From Takakia lepidozioides (lineage: Eukaryota; Plantae; Bryophyta), in contig CM060731.1 of assembly GCA_030704615.1 (NCBI GenBank), positions 22,940,001 through 23,004,000 of the forward strand: 64,000 bases of DNA, written 5' to 3'. The position numbers and the translations under genes are program-made. A model generated the notes under the pieces. That model was given only the letters and a program-made list of their open reading frames with translations, was not told the origin of the DNA and did no database searches. Positions 1 through 12,316 of this stretch are shown one piece after another (within the stretch, counting starts at the first letter, position 1; every line of letters starts with the position of its first letter).

Positions 1-99
1 ACCACCCAACGAGCTAACTTACAGAATTCAATATGCGACTCAGGGCTGAGTCTGATGAGAGCGCAAAACAGGCTGAAATAGATCGACAAAGAAGGTGCC

Positions 100-1905
100 C
101 TCACCACATTGTCCTTGCTTTTCCAGGGCTCCCAGGCTTTTTTTACGCTTTGCAAACACGAACAAATGTGATGTGGTTGGGCTTCACCCCTTCGCGCAGC
201 ATTTGCTCATACATTTTGAATGCTTCTGTACCATATCCATGTTGAGCATATCCTGCAATCATTGCACTCCATGAGGGCTTCACCACTTCCCCCATCATTT
301 GTTCATAGGTCTCCAAAGCCTCCATCACGTGCCCCTGCTGTGCATACCCTGCAAGCATCGCGTTCCACGACACCACATTTCTTTCAACCACAGTGTTGAA
401 AACTCCCTTTGCATCCTCGATCCACCCACATTTGGCATATGTCCACCAGGGCAGTGTTCAGGATGAATCTGGTGCAATTCCAGCTTTGACGATGTCACCA
501 TGGACCTCTTTCCCATTTTCCAGGGCTCCCAGGCTTGCACACGCATTGCAACCTTGGTACAATTCCAGCTTTGATGATGTCACCATACACCCCTTTGCCC
601 TTTTCCAGGGCTGCCACGCTTGCACAAGCATTGCAAATGCTCACAAACGTGATGTGGTTGCATTTCACCCCTCCCCCCATCATTTGCTCATAGGTATGAT
701 CCAAGGCCTCCATCCCGTGCCCCTGCTGTGCATACCCTGCAAGCATGGCGTTCCATGACACCAAATCTCGTTTAGCCATATTGTTGAACACTCCCTCCGC
801 ATCCTCAATGCTCCCACATTTGGCATACATGTCCACGAGGGTATTGTTCAGAATCACATCTGTACAATTCCAGCTTTGGCGATGCAACCATGCACCTCTT
901 TGCCCTTTTCCAGGGCTGCCAAGCTTGCACACGCACTGCAAACGCACACAAACGTGATGTGGTCGCGCTTCACCCCTTCCCCCATCATTTGCTCATAGGT
1001 CTCCAAGTCCTCCATCCCACGCCCTGCTGTGCATATCCTGCAAGCATCACGTTCCACGACAATAAATCTCGTTCAGCCATATTGTTGAACACTCCCTCTG
1101 CATCCTCAATGCTCCCACATTTGGCATATATGTCCACCAGGGCAGTGTTCAGGATCACACCTGGTATAGTTCCAGCTTTGGCGATGCAACCATGCACCTC
1201 TTTGCCATTTTCCAAGGCTGCCAGACTTGCACACGCATTGCAAATGCACACAAACGTGATGTGGTCGGGCTTCACCCCTTCCCCCATCATTTGCTCATAA
1301 GTCTCCAAAGCCTCCATCCCACGTCCCTGTTGTGAATACCCTGCAAGCATCGCGTTCCACGACACCACATCTTGTTCAGCCATTTGAAAACTCCCTTCAC
1401 ATCCTTCTTGCACCCACATTTGGCATACATGTCCACCAGGGCAGTGTTCAGGATGACATCGGGTACAAATCCAGCTTTGACGATGTCACCATGGACCTCT
1501 TTCCCCTTTTCTAGAGCTCCTAGGCTTGCACACGCATTGCAAACACAAACAAATGTGTTGCGGTTGGGCTTCACCCCTTCGCACATCAATTGCTCATAGG
1601 TCTCCAAAGCCTCCATCCCGCATACTTGCTGTGCATATCCTGCAATCGTCGCACTCCACGACACCACATCTCATTCAGCCATATTGTCGAACACTCCCTT
1701 TCCATCCTCGATGCACTCACATTTGACATACATGTCCAGCAGGACAGTGTTCAGAATGACGTCGGGTACAATTCCAGATTTGAGGATGTCACCATGGACC
1801 TCTTTGCATCTTTCCAGGGCTGCCACGCTTGCACACGCATTGCCAATGCAAACAAACGTTATGCGGTTGGGCTTCACCTCTTCGCACATCATTTGCTCAG
1901 AGGAA
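100..1905 (-). pseudogene. PLS-class pentatricopeptide repeat (PPR) array, organellar RNA-editing-factor type, disrupted
   Basis: Repeated P ([35 protein letters not shown]), L (DHITFVCVCNACASLAALEKGKEVHG) and S (DVILNTALVDMYAKCGSIEDAEGVFNNMAER) motifs with ~303-nt period. They are split over several frames, with an in-frame TGA at 1671-1673. No start/transit peptide and no E/DYW domain seen. Confidence 0.9.
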
Positions 1906-2076
1906 GTGCTGATGTAAAGATGTAAAGACCCAGTTGCATCTGTCAAAGTCCCTTTGGAGTGAAAGTAGGTGACCAAAATGATAAAACAGTAGGAGGCCAC
2001 CTGACCTCACAACAGAGCACAAACTCTTCATAAGTGCGTGCTTGTGCAGCATGACTTCCCTGTTTCAAGTCCAAGC

Positions 2077-4226
2077 TTATGACTTCCCACAACACCTGCA
2101 ACAGAACTCCCCAGATTTGTACCAGTCATGGTCTAGTAAATGATAGGCAATATATTTGGAGCATACTTTGCTTGTAAGATAATGTTCAAGCCACAGATGC
2201 CTCATGGCCAGCTTATTGCCAGGCTACATGATGTTTGATAGTACTACTTGTTTTGCTTTAAGTTTGAAATTTGACTCATCTAGCCACAAAATCCATCTGT
2301 TTAAGTATGAGTGTGAGATAAAGCAGCCAGAAACATTGCTTCTCTCCGCCTTATGACACTCCCATTGGAATGGGGCAGAGAGATGAGAGGAGCTGTGAAA
2401 AGAGCGAGAACCCACCTCTTGTACTTCTTTCCAGAGCCGCATGGACAAGCAACATTTCGACTCAGTTGTCCACTTTTTACAAGATTCACAGATGCTGCCG
2501 CATTCCAGCGACCCCCCATCAACTCTTCCACCTTCACCAACCAACAAATCCATGGTGTCAACCTCAGGCCAGACCCTTCATCTCCTAGCTATGGCCACCT
2601 TATATTCAAGGTATAGGGACAAATATATTTCATCATTCAAGGTATTAAAAGATGGTAGGAAACAGGCAAACACTGGAAAGCCAATGGTGAGACAGCGGGA
2701 TGAGAGATTTTGAGAAGAGAATGCAGCTGCCAGAGCATAACAAAAACATACAAGAGCTCTTAGGCAGCAAACACAGGAGACTAACCTCGTCAAGAGACTT
2801 GGGAAGCGACTTGCCTTCCTCCTTAAGCTTCATCACACGCCTGTTTGCCTCCTTTGCCCACTCGTACTTTGCCAGTACGGCATCAATATCACGCACAGTG
2901 CACCCCCACTCCGTTGCCACCTCAGCTTTGTGCAGCTCTCCAACTCGCTGGACCCACACCATGCCCAGCCCCATGCCCCTTGCTTACTTTTTGAAGACAT
3001 CGTGTGCTCACCTGCAAGCCCGGCCGTCCAGTATGCAGCCCTCTTTAACTATTTACCACTTCTGAAGGTTGGTGCTCTCATTAAACATTGAAACAAACTT
3101 TCCTGTAGCAACCAAATTCAGATGTAATGAAAAAGCATACCAGAGGGTCATGTGGGGCTAGGGATCGAAGAATCCCCTCCTGTCTCTCAAGGGATTTTAC
3201 AGCTGATACTTCACCCCCTCTAGGCAGGCAGCGTCCAAATGTCGTTAGACTTCCAAACTGGCGTGCCTTCTTCAACTCATTTGCAAAATCTGTACAACAC
3301 AAAGAAAATCTATTGAGAGGCAGAGCCAGATTTCAAAGAAAGATTCACAAATCAAGTACATACTTGTATTAAACCGGTTATTTGGCTAATTTCCAACCTC
3401 TGACCACCGTGGTTGCAAACTACAGGATTGGGCTCTCAATCTGGGGTCTTCAAGCACTCATTGAAAGAAGACATAAAATTTCTTGCTTGTTTGATCACTG
3501 TTACTCTTCCCACACGAAAGACTTACATTCCTGGCGGAAACCATCGGCCAGTTTCCACATTCCCCCCTCTGTTATACTGGTGTCCTATATTGCAAATCAT
3601 CATAATGCAGGCCCAGTCTAGGCTTTAGGGTATTGTCTCTTCAGTCTCCAAATTACACCTACTGGGTTCCTTCCTGCAGTCGCATGTTGCTGGAAGAAGC
3701 ATATCTGCCATTGTCTCCTATAAGCCAAATTGGTACTAGAAGCAGACTTGTTTGCACCATCATTTCATTCAGCTAAGAAATTCGTGAAGTGTCCTTTGCA
3801 ATAAATAAACAAAGTGATCCAACGGTTCATACTGATCAACTCCCAGCAGTCACATTGTGCAAGTGAGGGCCTTTTATGATATTAGATTGTTGAATCTGTA
3901 GCAGAGCACCTAGCGACACAGTAGAATGGCACTCACTTTCCATTGTAAGGTCATGCTGAGACACAGACTTTTCTTCAGAAGTATCCGATTGGGAAGAATC
4001 TGATGAAGGTGTCTTTGCTCTTGAACACACTCTTCAGCCTCTGCATCCAGGATGAAGCTCCTACAGATGAACCCTCATCCTCCGCCGCCGTTGCAAAACT
4101 TGATGCATGTGAGGGCCAATGTGTGCATTCTGGGATAGGGGTCCATTGGGAAAATGCAGGAACGGGTGACGGTGAGAGACGACAGGAACGTAAAAGACAA
4201 CGCAGGGCTACAATGTACCTCAGCAT
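2077..4226 (-). CDS. SEC-C motif (CPCGSGKKYKRCC) protein with presequence-like N-terminus; multi-exon; frameshift in exon 1 (possible pseudogene)
   Basis: ATG 4226 (MLRYIVALRCLL). Exons read FANELKKARQFG, GCTVRDIDAVLAKYEWAKEA and SRNVACPCGSGKKYKR, spliced 2416 to 2095 to give CCGKS-stop (2077). Exon 1 changes frame near 4020. Confidence 0.8.
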
Positions 4227-4471
4227 GGATTTCCTCAATTCGTTGAGAGCTTGCAGCTTGCAAGGTGAATGATGGCGGCAGAGCTCTTGCAGTTCAAGAA
4301 GATCAAGATCCGGGCATTGCGGCAGTTCCGAAAAAGTTGGCGCGGCGATTTCTATTTCGCGCGGGCCGTCCAGGCAGATTCCAAAGAAATTGACGACGAC
4401 GATGACGTGGCTACAACGATGTGGCGACGATGATGTGGCACTATGGCACCCTATTCCTGCTCTACGCTAAA

Positions 4472-4499
4472 CTAGCTTCCGACCTTCGGTCGTCGCTAG
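4472..4499 (-). mobile_element. Candidate Helitron 3' terminus (hairpin followed by CTAG/T)
   Basis: Minus strand reads CGACC-GAA-GGTCG hairpin, then GAAGCTAG followed by T. The 5' end was not identified. Confidence 0.3.
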
Positions 4500-4995
4500 A
4501 ATTAAGCATAATTTTTATCCTAAGTCTGCATAGGCAACTTGGGAAACGAAAGACTACTTATAGGTACTAGATTTCCCTGTCATTGAGGACACTGATCAAT
4601 TTTAGTGGGGGAGTTTATCAGGTACCTCTATCTTCACCTGTTGGATATAACGGTTTTAGACCAACATATTAACTTAGCAGTACTAAAGATGGACGGTGGT
4701 TGATTTAGTGCTTCATCCCAGGTGTGTGATGTTTAAATTGACCATGGATTGATATGACCAATGATATACTGGGCAAGGCTAATGATGGCTTGTGGATTGA
4801 TAAATCCAGTTATCTTAATTAAGGTAACCAATAAAATAATAATAATAATATTTTGACGCATCATGAAGGAAGCGGAAATTATGGAGTCCTCGAAGGGTTA
4901 CTGCCTTCTGCTAGGAAGGTGGATAGGTAACCAAGATGATATATTCAACAAGGATACAATAGTGGTATTGATATCAATGGAAGGAGAGGTGTTAA

Positions 4996-5200
4996 CAGTG
5001 TTGTGCTGATATGTGCCAGTCGGCCGGGGTATGTGCACTGGTATGAGTAAGGGTATTGTAGAACATACCAGTTGGGTATGTCTTGGGGCATATACCCCGG
5101 CTATACTTTGGACCCCGGGTTTTGAACACCGGACCTACCCCCTACCTACCATACCAGTCTAAGTATGAACTATTTTCATACTCGGCTTAAGACCCGTATT
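4996..5200. mobile_element. Degenerate hAT-MITE left end
   Basis: Starts CAGTGTTGTGC, the same terminus as the 23911 MITE, followed by GGGTAT/ATACCC subterminal motifs. No right end or TSD found. Confidence 0.4.
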
Positions 5201-6397
5201 GAGGATTGATGGACCCAAGCTAGCATGGATATGCGTAATGATACAATTTTTGTGCTTATCCTCATTCATATTATCTTTGGGCTCCCAACAGCTGGCATCA
5301 CTGATTTGAGCAGCTGGCATCATGTATCCCAACCACTACAACATGGATCACCATAATATAACCATGTACCAAAAATATAAATTTATAAATAACAACAGGG
5401 GTTTGTGGGTACAAATATAAAAGACATGTAAAAATAACATGAAGTTAACCTTAAAATACCATACCATATAATGTAATTGTCGAAGATACCATCTATTAAA
5501 AATATAACCATACCGTTGTACATACTGCCCCAGTATGTCATTTGAGTTTTGGCATCCTATCTATAAAATGGGTATATGGGTCAACTGTTTACTTAATGTG
5601 TGGATACTTTCGAGTCCTTGGAGGAGGCTTGGGCATCTGCATTACCCTGGTTAAGGCTGGTAGATGGTGTCCACCTTCCAAACAAAAGGCAATAATCCAT
5701 TAGGATGAAGTGACCCCATGAGTTGCCCTGGCTTCGGCAGGAGTCTTCCTTTCTATGTCGTATTGTTGTGGTTTGTTGGGAACCCAAGTTTTCTGTTTTG
5801 TTGGCTCTCTCTCGTCAGGGCAGAGGCAAGAGTCTTTCAGGTGATTTTGCTTGTTCCTATATGAGCAAATACATAAGGAGGCTCAAAGCTCTTAGCTGCA
5901 TATATTGAACCTCTCTTTTCTCTTTGGCCTCTCTTTCCAACATTTGAATAAATTCCATTAGGTCTAATGTAATAGTGGGAGTTGAGAGTGCTGTTGCATC
6001 AATATTCCACCACTAACTGACGAAGTTCTTGTGAGAACTTTTAAGACTCGTGCAATATTTCAGCAAGAGCCTCTGGAGTGGGCATCTTCTCTTTCACTCA
6101 CCCTCACTCTATTACTACTTTCCATTGAGAGCAGTTGAAGTAACTAGTTTTTGCAGATAAAATGTTGAACAATGTGGATATATTTCCTACATGAAAGAGT
6201 TCATAAATTGGCTGGGGTTATTTCCGACACCACTTGCTACAGAAATAGCCACCAATAGCAGCTTGTCCAAGCCTAGAAGTCTATTCTTATTCTCCTCCTG
6301 CCCCAAATGTGCAGCGAAGCTTTGTTCTCTAATGTGCCTGTTGTCCACCCACACAAACTGTACGGTTGAATGTTTTCATACTAACTATACGTACCTA

Positions 6398-9300
6398 TTA
6401 CCTTGGCGAATCACGGAAGGGGGTGAGGATGGCATCACGGAGAACGTGATCAACTTGAATGGCCTCTTTGAACTCCTCAAAGCTGATGTGTCCATCATTG
6501 TTGGCATCCATGTTCTCGAACAGCTCATCCATGTCTCCTGGCAGATACTCCTCCGGCAAGGCCTGCTTGCACATCAACATGTCACCCACCCTACCCAAGC
6601 TTTCTAATACTAACAGGAATACCCATGCCAAAGGAAAGTGAGAGCAGGAACAAGACACTCATGAATCCTTGCAGCACTTTGCATAGCAATGCAGACAAAA
6701 GTAAGGAGCAAAGACACATCAACATGTATAATGCAATGACGGAAGATATAGCATACCCGAAGCATGGAAGCCAATTCATCTCTTGAAATGGAGCCTGACC
6801 CATCTCTATCATAGAGCTGTGCACATTAACCCATGATGCACAAGACGACTTTAGTAATCTTAGATGACACGTTTTACTTATTTGAACAGACAACAACTGA
6901 GTATAAACCTATTTAACCATTATCCATGAGAACTATAACAGGGAAGCTTCCATTTAGAAATATCAGTTAGTGCTCCACATCAAACTTATTATACTAGCCA
7001 TTTCAGGTGAACAAAACATTGTAGTCAATATTAAAGAAGAAAAGCAGACATGTTCAATGTGTTTTGATGGAAGTTGCGACTGCGATGGGCCAACATCAAT
7101 GTGAAGTGCCTTATGCTTGACAGACAAGCACACCAGATGCCAGCTCATGCCCATGGTTTAATGCAAATACATGCCAACAGAGTGGGAAGTACATAGAGGA
7201 AACTGTTACCTGGAAGCACATTCGCAAAGCCTCATCACCATTGGATTTCTTCAATAAGGAGAGACCACAAACTATTTCACGTAAATCTACAGAACCATCA
7301 CGATTATTGTCAAATAGATCAAAGATTCGGGGCGCAAATGACACCAGCGCACCGAGGTCCATGGCTCGTAACACTTCCTCAAACTCTGCCAGTGAAGCGC
7401 TCACTCCATTTGCAGAGCTGCACTGCCCAAAGTCCATCAATTTTGCTGCCGATCTCGTCTACATTATTACTTTACTGGAGAATTGAGAGTCAAAACTGCA
7501 GGAAACATCCAATGAACCACTGCCTGTAATCTATTGACCTCTCCTGCCATAGTTTGTTGATATGACAGACGAAATGCTGTCAAACGTAAATTTCCATTAC
7601 CCATCACACAGCCAGTTGAGTAGTATAAGATAACCCCAAGATAAGGAGGGACAGAAAATGTACAGATGAGACATTTGCTGTAGCCTCGTAGCCATCCATC
7701 AATAGACACATGTATCACTGGATCACATGAATCATGGAAAAACACGCGGATCGTATGAGAAGGACAGCCATGAGACATAGGTGCAGTACATACATGCGCT
7801 TGAAATTGCTTTGAAGATTTTCAAGCTCGGTGGCAGTGAGGGCATGGGAGGGAATCAGATTCCGGAGGTTTTTGTTGCGCAGAAAACATTTGTTGGCGAC
7901 AATGCTGGCGTAAGCAGCAGCACGAAACTTGCGACGAGCGTTGAAGTTTTTCAAGCGCCTGAACACGTCCGGGTCCACTGGATGGGGCTTTGCTACATCA
8001 CCTGTCACCCATGGGTGTAGTAATAACTAGGCATCACGGCACTGGTGCATTGTCAGCATTTCTCGTCCAGCCCTTTTCCTGGCACCCTAACGTACTCCAT
8101 GCATACGCATAAATGCTCTGACACAGGGTTCAGAATGCAAACATATGGTGGCTTCAAAAAATTTACTGAACAAACTCTGGTTTCCAACCTTCAGGTTTCA
8201 CATGCACAGACCAAGTCATGTTAATTTATGCAATCAATGACACATCCTGAGATTGCATGCCCATTCGGTTTTCCAAGCAAGAGGGCCACTGTACATTTGG
8301 GACAGCCGAAATTGACCCCTATTGCTTTCAAGGATGACTTACAGAGCAGGACCGGCAGAAGTATAAATAAAATGTGTTAAGGAATTATACGAGATTATAG
8401 GAATTATAGGAGTGAGATAAGGGTGATAGGCATCCCAGATGTATCCAAGCTTGGCGAGGAAGGTGTGTACTCCAGACCTGAAAGCTTACTACATTCACCA
8501 CAACGTAACCCCAGAGCTTGCGGTATGTCTCATTGCCAAGTCTGCTGGTCACGGGCAATTAAAAATCTCCGAACACTTTGAGTGTTTGTTCTAGGAGGAG
8601 TCCTTAAAATGTGTGTGTATCTGCAAATGAACAAGAAAGAAAGAGTATGTGGTGCACCTCTGCAGCAGAGGGCCGGCGTTCTGGCTTAACTGCAAGCAGG
8701 TTGGAGATGAGCTGCTTGGCTGAGCCTGTCACACCTTTCCACGTGTCTTCCTCCATACTGAAATCTCCCTGCCATCCATCAATAGACACATGTATCACAC
8801 TGGAAGGTCATAAAGTAAGCCAATTTTGTGTATCCTCCTGTTAATAGGCTGAAATGAGGATAAGAGTGAGAGAGGAAAAATATATCTACTGACATCCACG
8901 GAATGACGGAAGGCCAAAGGAACCGAGAAGAATAACCTATTTAAAACAAGAAATCAAATAACAACCCAAAATTCTCAAATATAGCATGAAGGCGGGGTTG
9001 CACGCACTTAAGCCCGCACTTTGAAGAAGAAATGGTGCTCTCTGCACTTCGCTGAGAAAGAAGGAAAAGAAAGAAAAAGAGAAATGTATTACATCCACAA
9101 GGGGGGAAGAGAGAGAGAGAGGGGGGGGGGGATGTGATGAGGGGCATACATCCAGAATGAGTTTTTGCTTGTCCCGGTTTGATCGAGCATGGAATGGTGG
9201 GTACCTGCACAGGACAGGCCAAGCCATCTTTTCTACTGAGCTCACTTTCCCTCCAACCATCACTCTCTCTGGCTTTGGTGTACCCACACCAACACACTTC

Positions 9301-10747
9301 TCAGTTGTCCAATTAGGCCAAACCCCTTACACACTGCATAGTCCACCCACTCTTGTGTGCTTGCTACATCAAGAGTACTCTTGTAACCCCACAATAGCAT
9401 GAAACACAGAGACAACCCCACCTTTAGAAAACTCCGAGGTTGTCTAAATCTCCACTTAAGCTAGCCTGCAGGCTGCGGGATCTTTCAATGTGTATTTCTC
9501 TGTGACCCAGTCAAACTGACCCGTAGCAGTACCCATACCTCCCACAAGCTCAAATGCTAGTCCAGACACTGAGCCTGTTCTCACCTCGTACAGCTTCTTT
9601 TCATAAAGCACAGACATCACCAAGTCCGTCTTCCCCATGTCCATCTGCACACTGCCACCTTTTGCAGGGACGGGCTAGGCCTCTCCGCCTCTCTCCACCC
9701 TACTCAACACTACAATGTGAAATTACAGCCATCTGTCTCAAATCTGTGTCGAGTATGGCGATAGAGAGCTGGTATCGACATTCCGCTGTGAGGCCAATGC
9801 TGGCACTTAAATCAACGCTAGATTCCATTTAATCAAAGTTCGTTGGCTGAGCATCAGCGCTATGGCCACCTCAAGTTTCTAATTCTCTGGTGTATACAAA
9901 CCAACATTGACTGCGAAAAGGTTCATCATCGTGACTGTGATTTCCAATCTTAATCGTGACTGTGATTTTTTGGGGCATAAGCATGGGAAGCAGCTTCCGA
10001 GGAGTGGACGATGACATACCCACATAGGAGAATATAGAGGATGACCCCCAGCGACCACATGTCACTAGCGGGGAGCACTCTTTCTCTCATGAGTGCCTCC
10101 GGGGCGACGTAATCGATTGAGCCGAACATGCCCACAACGGGACTGGTCACCCCATCTATGTGACTCAACCCAAAATCCATGATCTTCAAGGGCGAATCCC
10201 CATCGGTAGTGAGAAACAGACAGTTCTCGGGTTTGAGGTCGCGATGCACGATCCGAGCAGCATGTAGGCTGCAGAGGCCTGCTGCAATTTGACGAATGAT
10301 TGCAGCCGCACCCGCCTCAGAATAGCGCTCCTGCGACACGATGCGATCAAACAGCTCACCGCCGCTGCACAGCTCCAGCACGAGGTGTACACCGCCGGGA
10401 TCATCAAAGACGTCCACCAAGTGAATGACATTGGGGTGCGGTGACACCTCCTCCACAATGCGCTTCATCACCACTATCTCATTCTTCACCAGCGCCTCCG
10501 ACACCGACATTTCCGAATACTCTCGCCCATCTGGTCTCTTGGAATTCCCCATGCCTCCCCTTCCCCCTCCCCCTCCTCCTCCTCCCCCCCCATACCCAAA
10601 TCCTTGCTTCTTCAGAGTTTTGATAGCTACCTGCGCGCCATCCACCCTGTGAACCCCCTTCCGCACGACCGAGAATCCTCCTGTCCCCAACACTTGCTGC
10701 ACAGCATACTCATCTTGCAGCTGCCTCCTCCCTTGTTCACTCACCAT
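6398..10747 (-). CDS. CCaMK: Calcium/calmodulin-dependent protein kinase CCaMK (DMI3), 7 exons
   Basis: Kinase motifs GTGGFS, VAIK, HRDLKPEN, DFGLS and GSIDYVAPE; autophosphorylation motif FSMEEDTWKG; CaM-binding helix FNARRKFRAAA; three visinin-like EF hands (DNNRDGSVDLRE, DRDGSGSISRDE, DANNDGHISFEE). Exons about 10747-10020, 9204-9150, 8768-8658, 8026-7794, 7417-7210, 6816-6757, 6562-6398, all GT-AG and in phase. Confidence 0.95.
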
Positions 10748-12316
10748 CGCCAAAGCCCACCTCCGCAATTCAAATCACAAACAACAACAACATTGATGCA
10801 TAAATGAAAGCACAGACATGTCCAAGACGAAGTGCAATGATGCTGCCAACCGCACTGCAGCATCAAGTCTCCACAGTGAACTCCTGCTCCTATTCTTAGC
10901 AAATGTGCCCACTTCCTCAGATTGGTCCAATGATTCACGTAAACACTCCGCGTTGACTGTGGAGCATGCCCCACCAAAGTCTTCTTCACATGGATCTTCG
11001 CCATTGTTTTTGTGGAGCATGTGACATGTGGAAGGCATGATATGAACTCAGAAAAGGTTTTCATATTTTTCTTCGCCCCATCCGTCCTCACACATTGCAC
11101 CAACGTAAGATCGTAAGGAAACAGCTGGTTGCGAGAATTTGGGATGTATGACGCGGAGACTGGATCTTCCAAGAATGTCTCTGCTGCCCATAGGAACAGT
11201 GCGTCTAATTGTTAACCTCCACAGGAACAGCGTTGGTCATATGGGTAGAAGGTTTGCTGACTGCACCACTTGAAAAACCGCCATGGCTTGAGCCTCACTC
11301 TCTTGCTCCACATTATCAGAGGATTTTGTCATTATTATGTGGGTGGAGACTGGAGACCTGACGCTTGTACTAGACATAAGTAAGTATGTAGCATGCAAAG
11401 CAATCCAAGCCACACTGAGGGCTGCCCATGGAAATTGTAGGCTGAGATGAGCTTTTGCAAAGATTTCGAAAACTAAACCTCCAAATGTTCGGTACGTGCC
11501 CAGCGAGCCATTGTACACACTGCAGTATGCAGACGTCAAACTAACTGTAATGAAGTCAAGCAGGCTCGGAAGGAGGCTTCTCTATCTTCACAGTGACACG
11601 TGAAGTATCCACTGTGCTCACGATTCTTGCTGTTCCTCATCTGGTGAGCTAACTGATCCATGATGTATCACTGCCGGAAGTAGCAAGGTAAGTAGTGCTA
11701 TCCACCCCTTCAAATCAAGACAAATGCTATTCAAAGAAGCAACATAAACCATTGGTGCAACCCTTTGGAAAATACCTCACTTATAGCAATCAATCAATCC
11801 ATCCATCCATCCATCCTGCAGATAGTTCCCACTTTAAGGCAGGGCAGGATATCAACCTCCACAGAGCTTGGTGTAGTTAGAAATGCATAGTTGCACTCTT
11901 CCATTCGGAGCAGTCCATAAGGCTACAGTAAACAATGATCTGGTGAGTAGGAGCATTGGTGTTGAGAACACAGGCACTAAAGGAATAAACCTTACAAGCA
12001 GGTTGTAAAATGCTCACCCAACTTGCTAACCAAGCTCAATCTGAGATTACCACAAACCCGGAACAATCGACACAATTTGCACAATTGAAGGTGAGATTGC
12101 CTATTGCAAGACCTACTCATTGACCATTCTTGCAAACATGAAGGGGATAACCCCTGCCGGATAATAAAAAATTGGCCAGACCCAGAACATCGCGGCTTGT
12201 TGATGGAGTGCAGTAAAGGCTATTGGTATCCATTCAAGCACTTTTTACTCAAGTCCACTGCCACACAGTTCTGCAACTAGTTCAACTAAATAACAGGCTC
12301 TTGTAAGACTTTCCAC

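Noticed and set aside
1671-1673. TGA at a CGA position rescued by U-to-C editing
   Set aside because: This is a nuclear locus with several independent frameshifts, so CpG decay is the simpler explanation.
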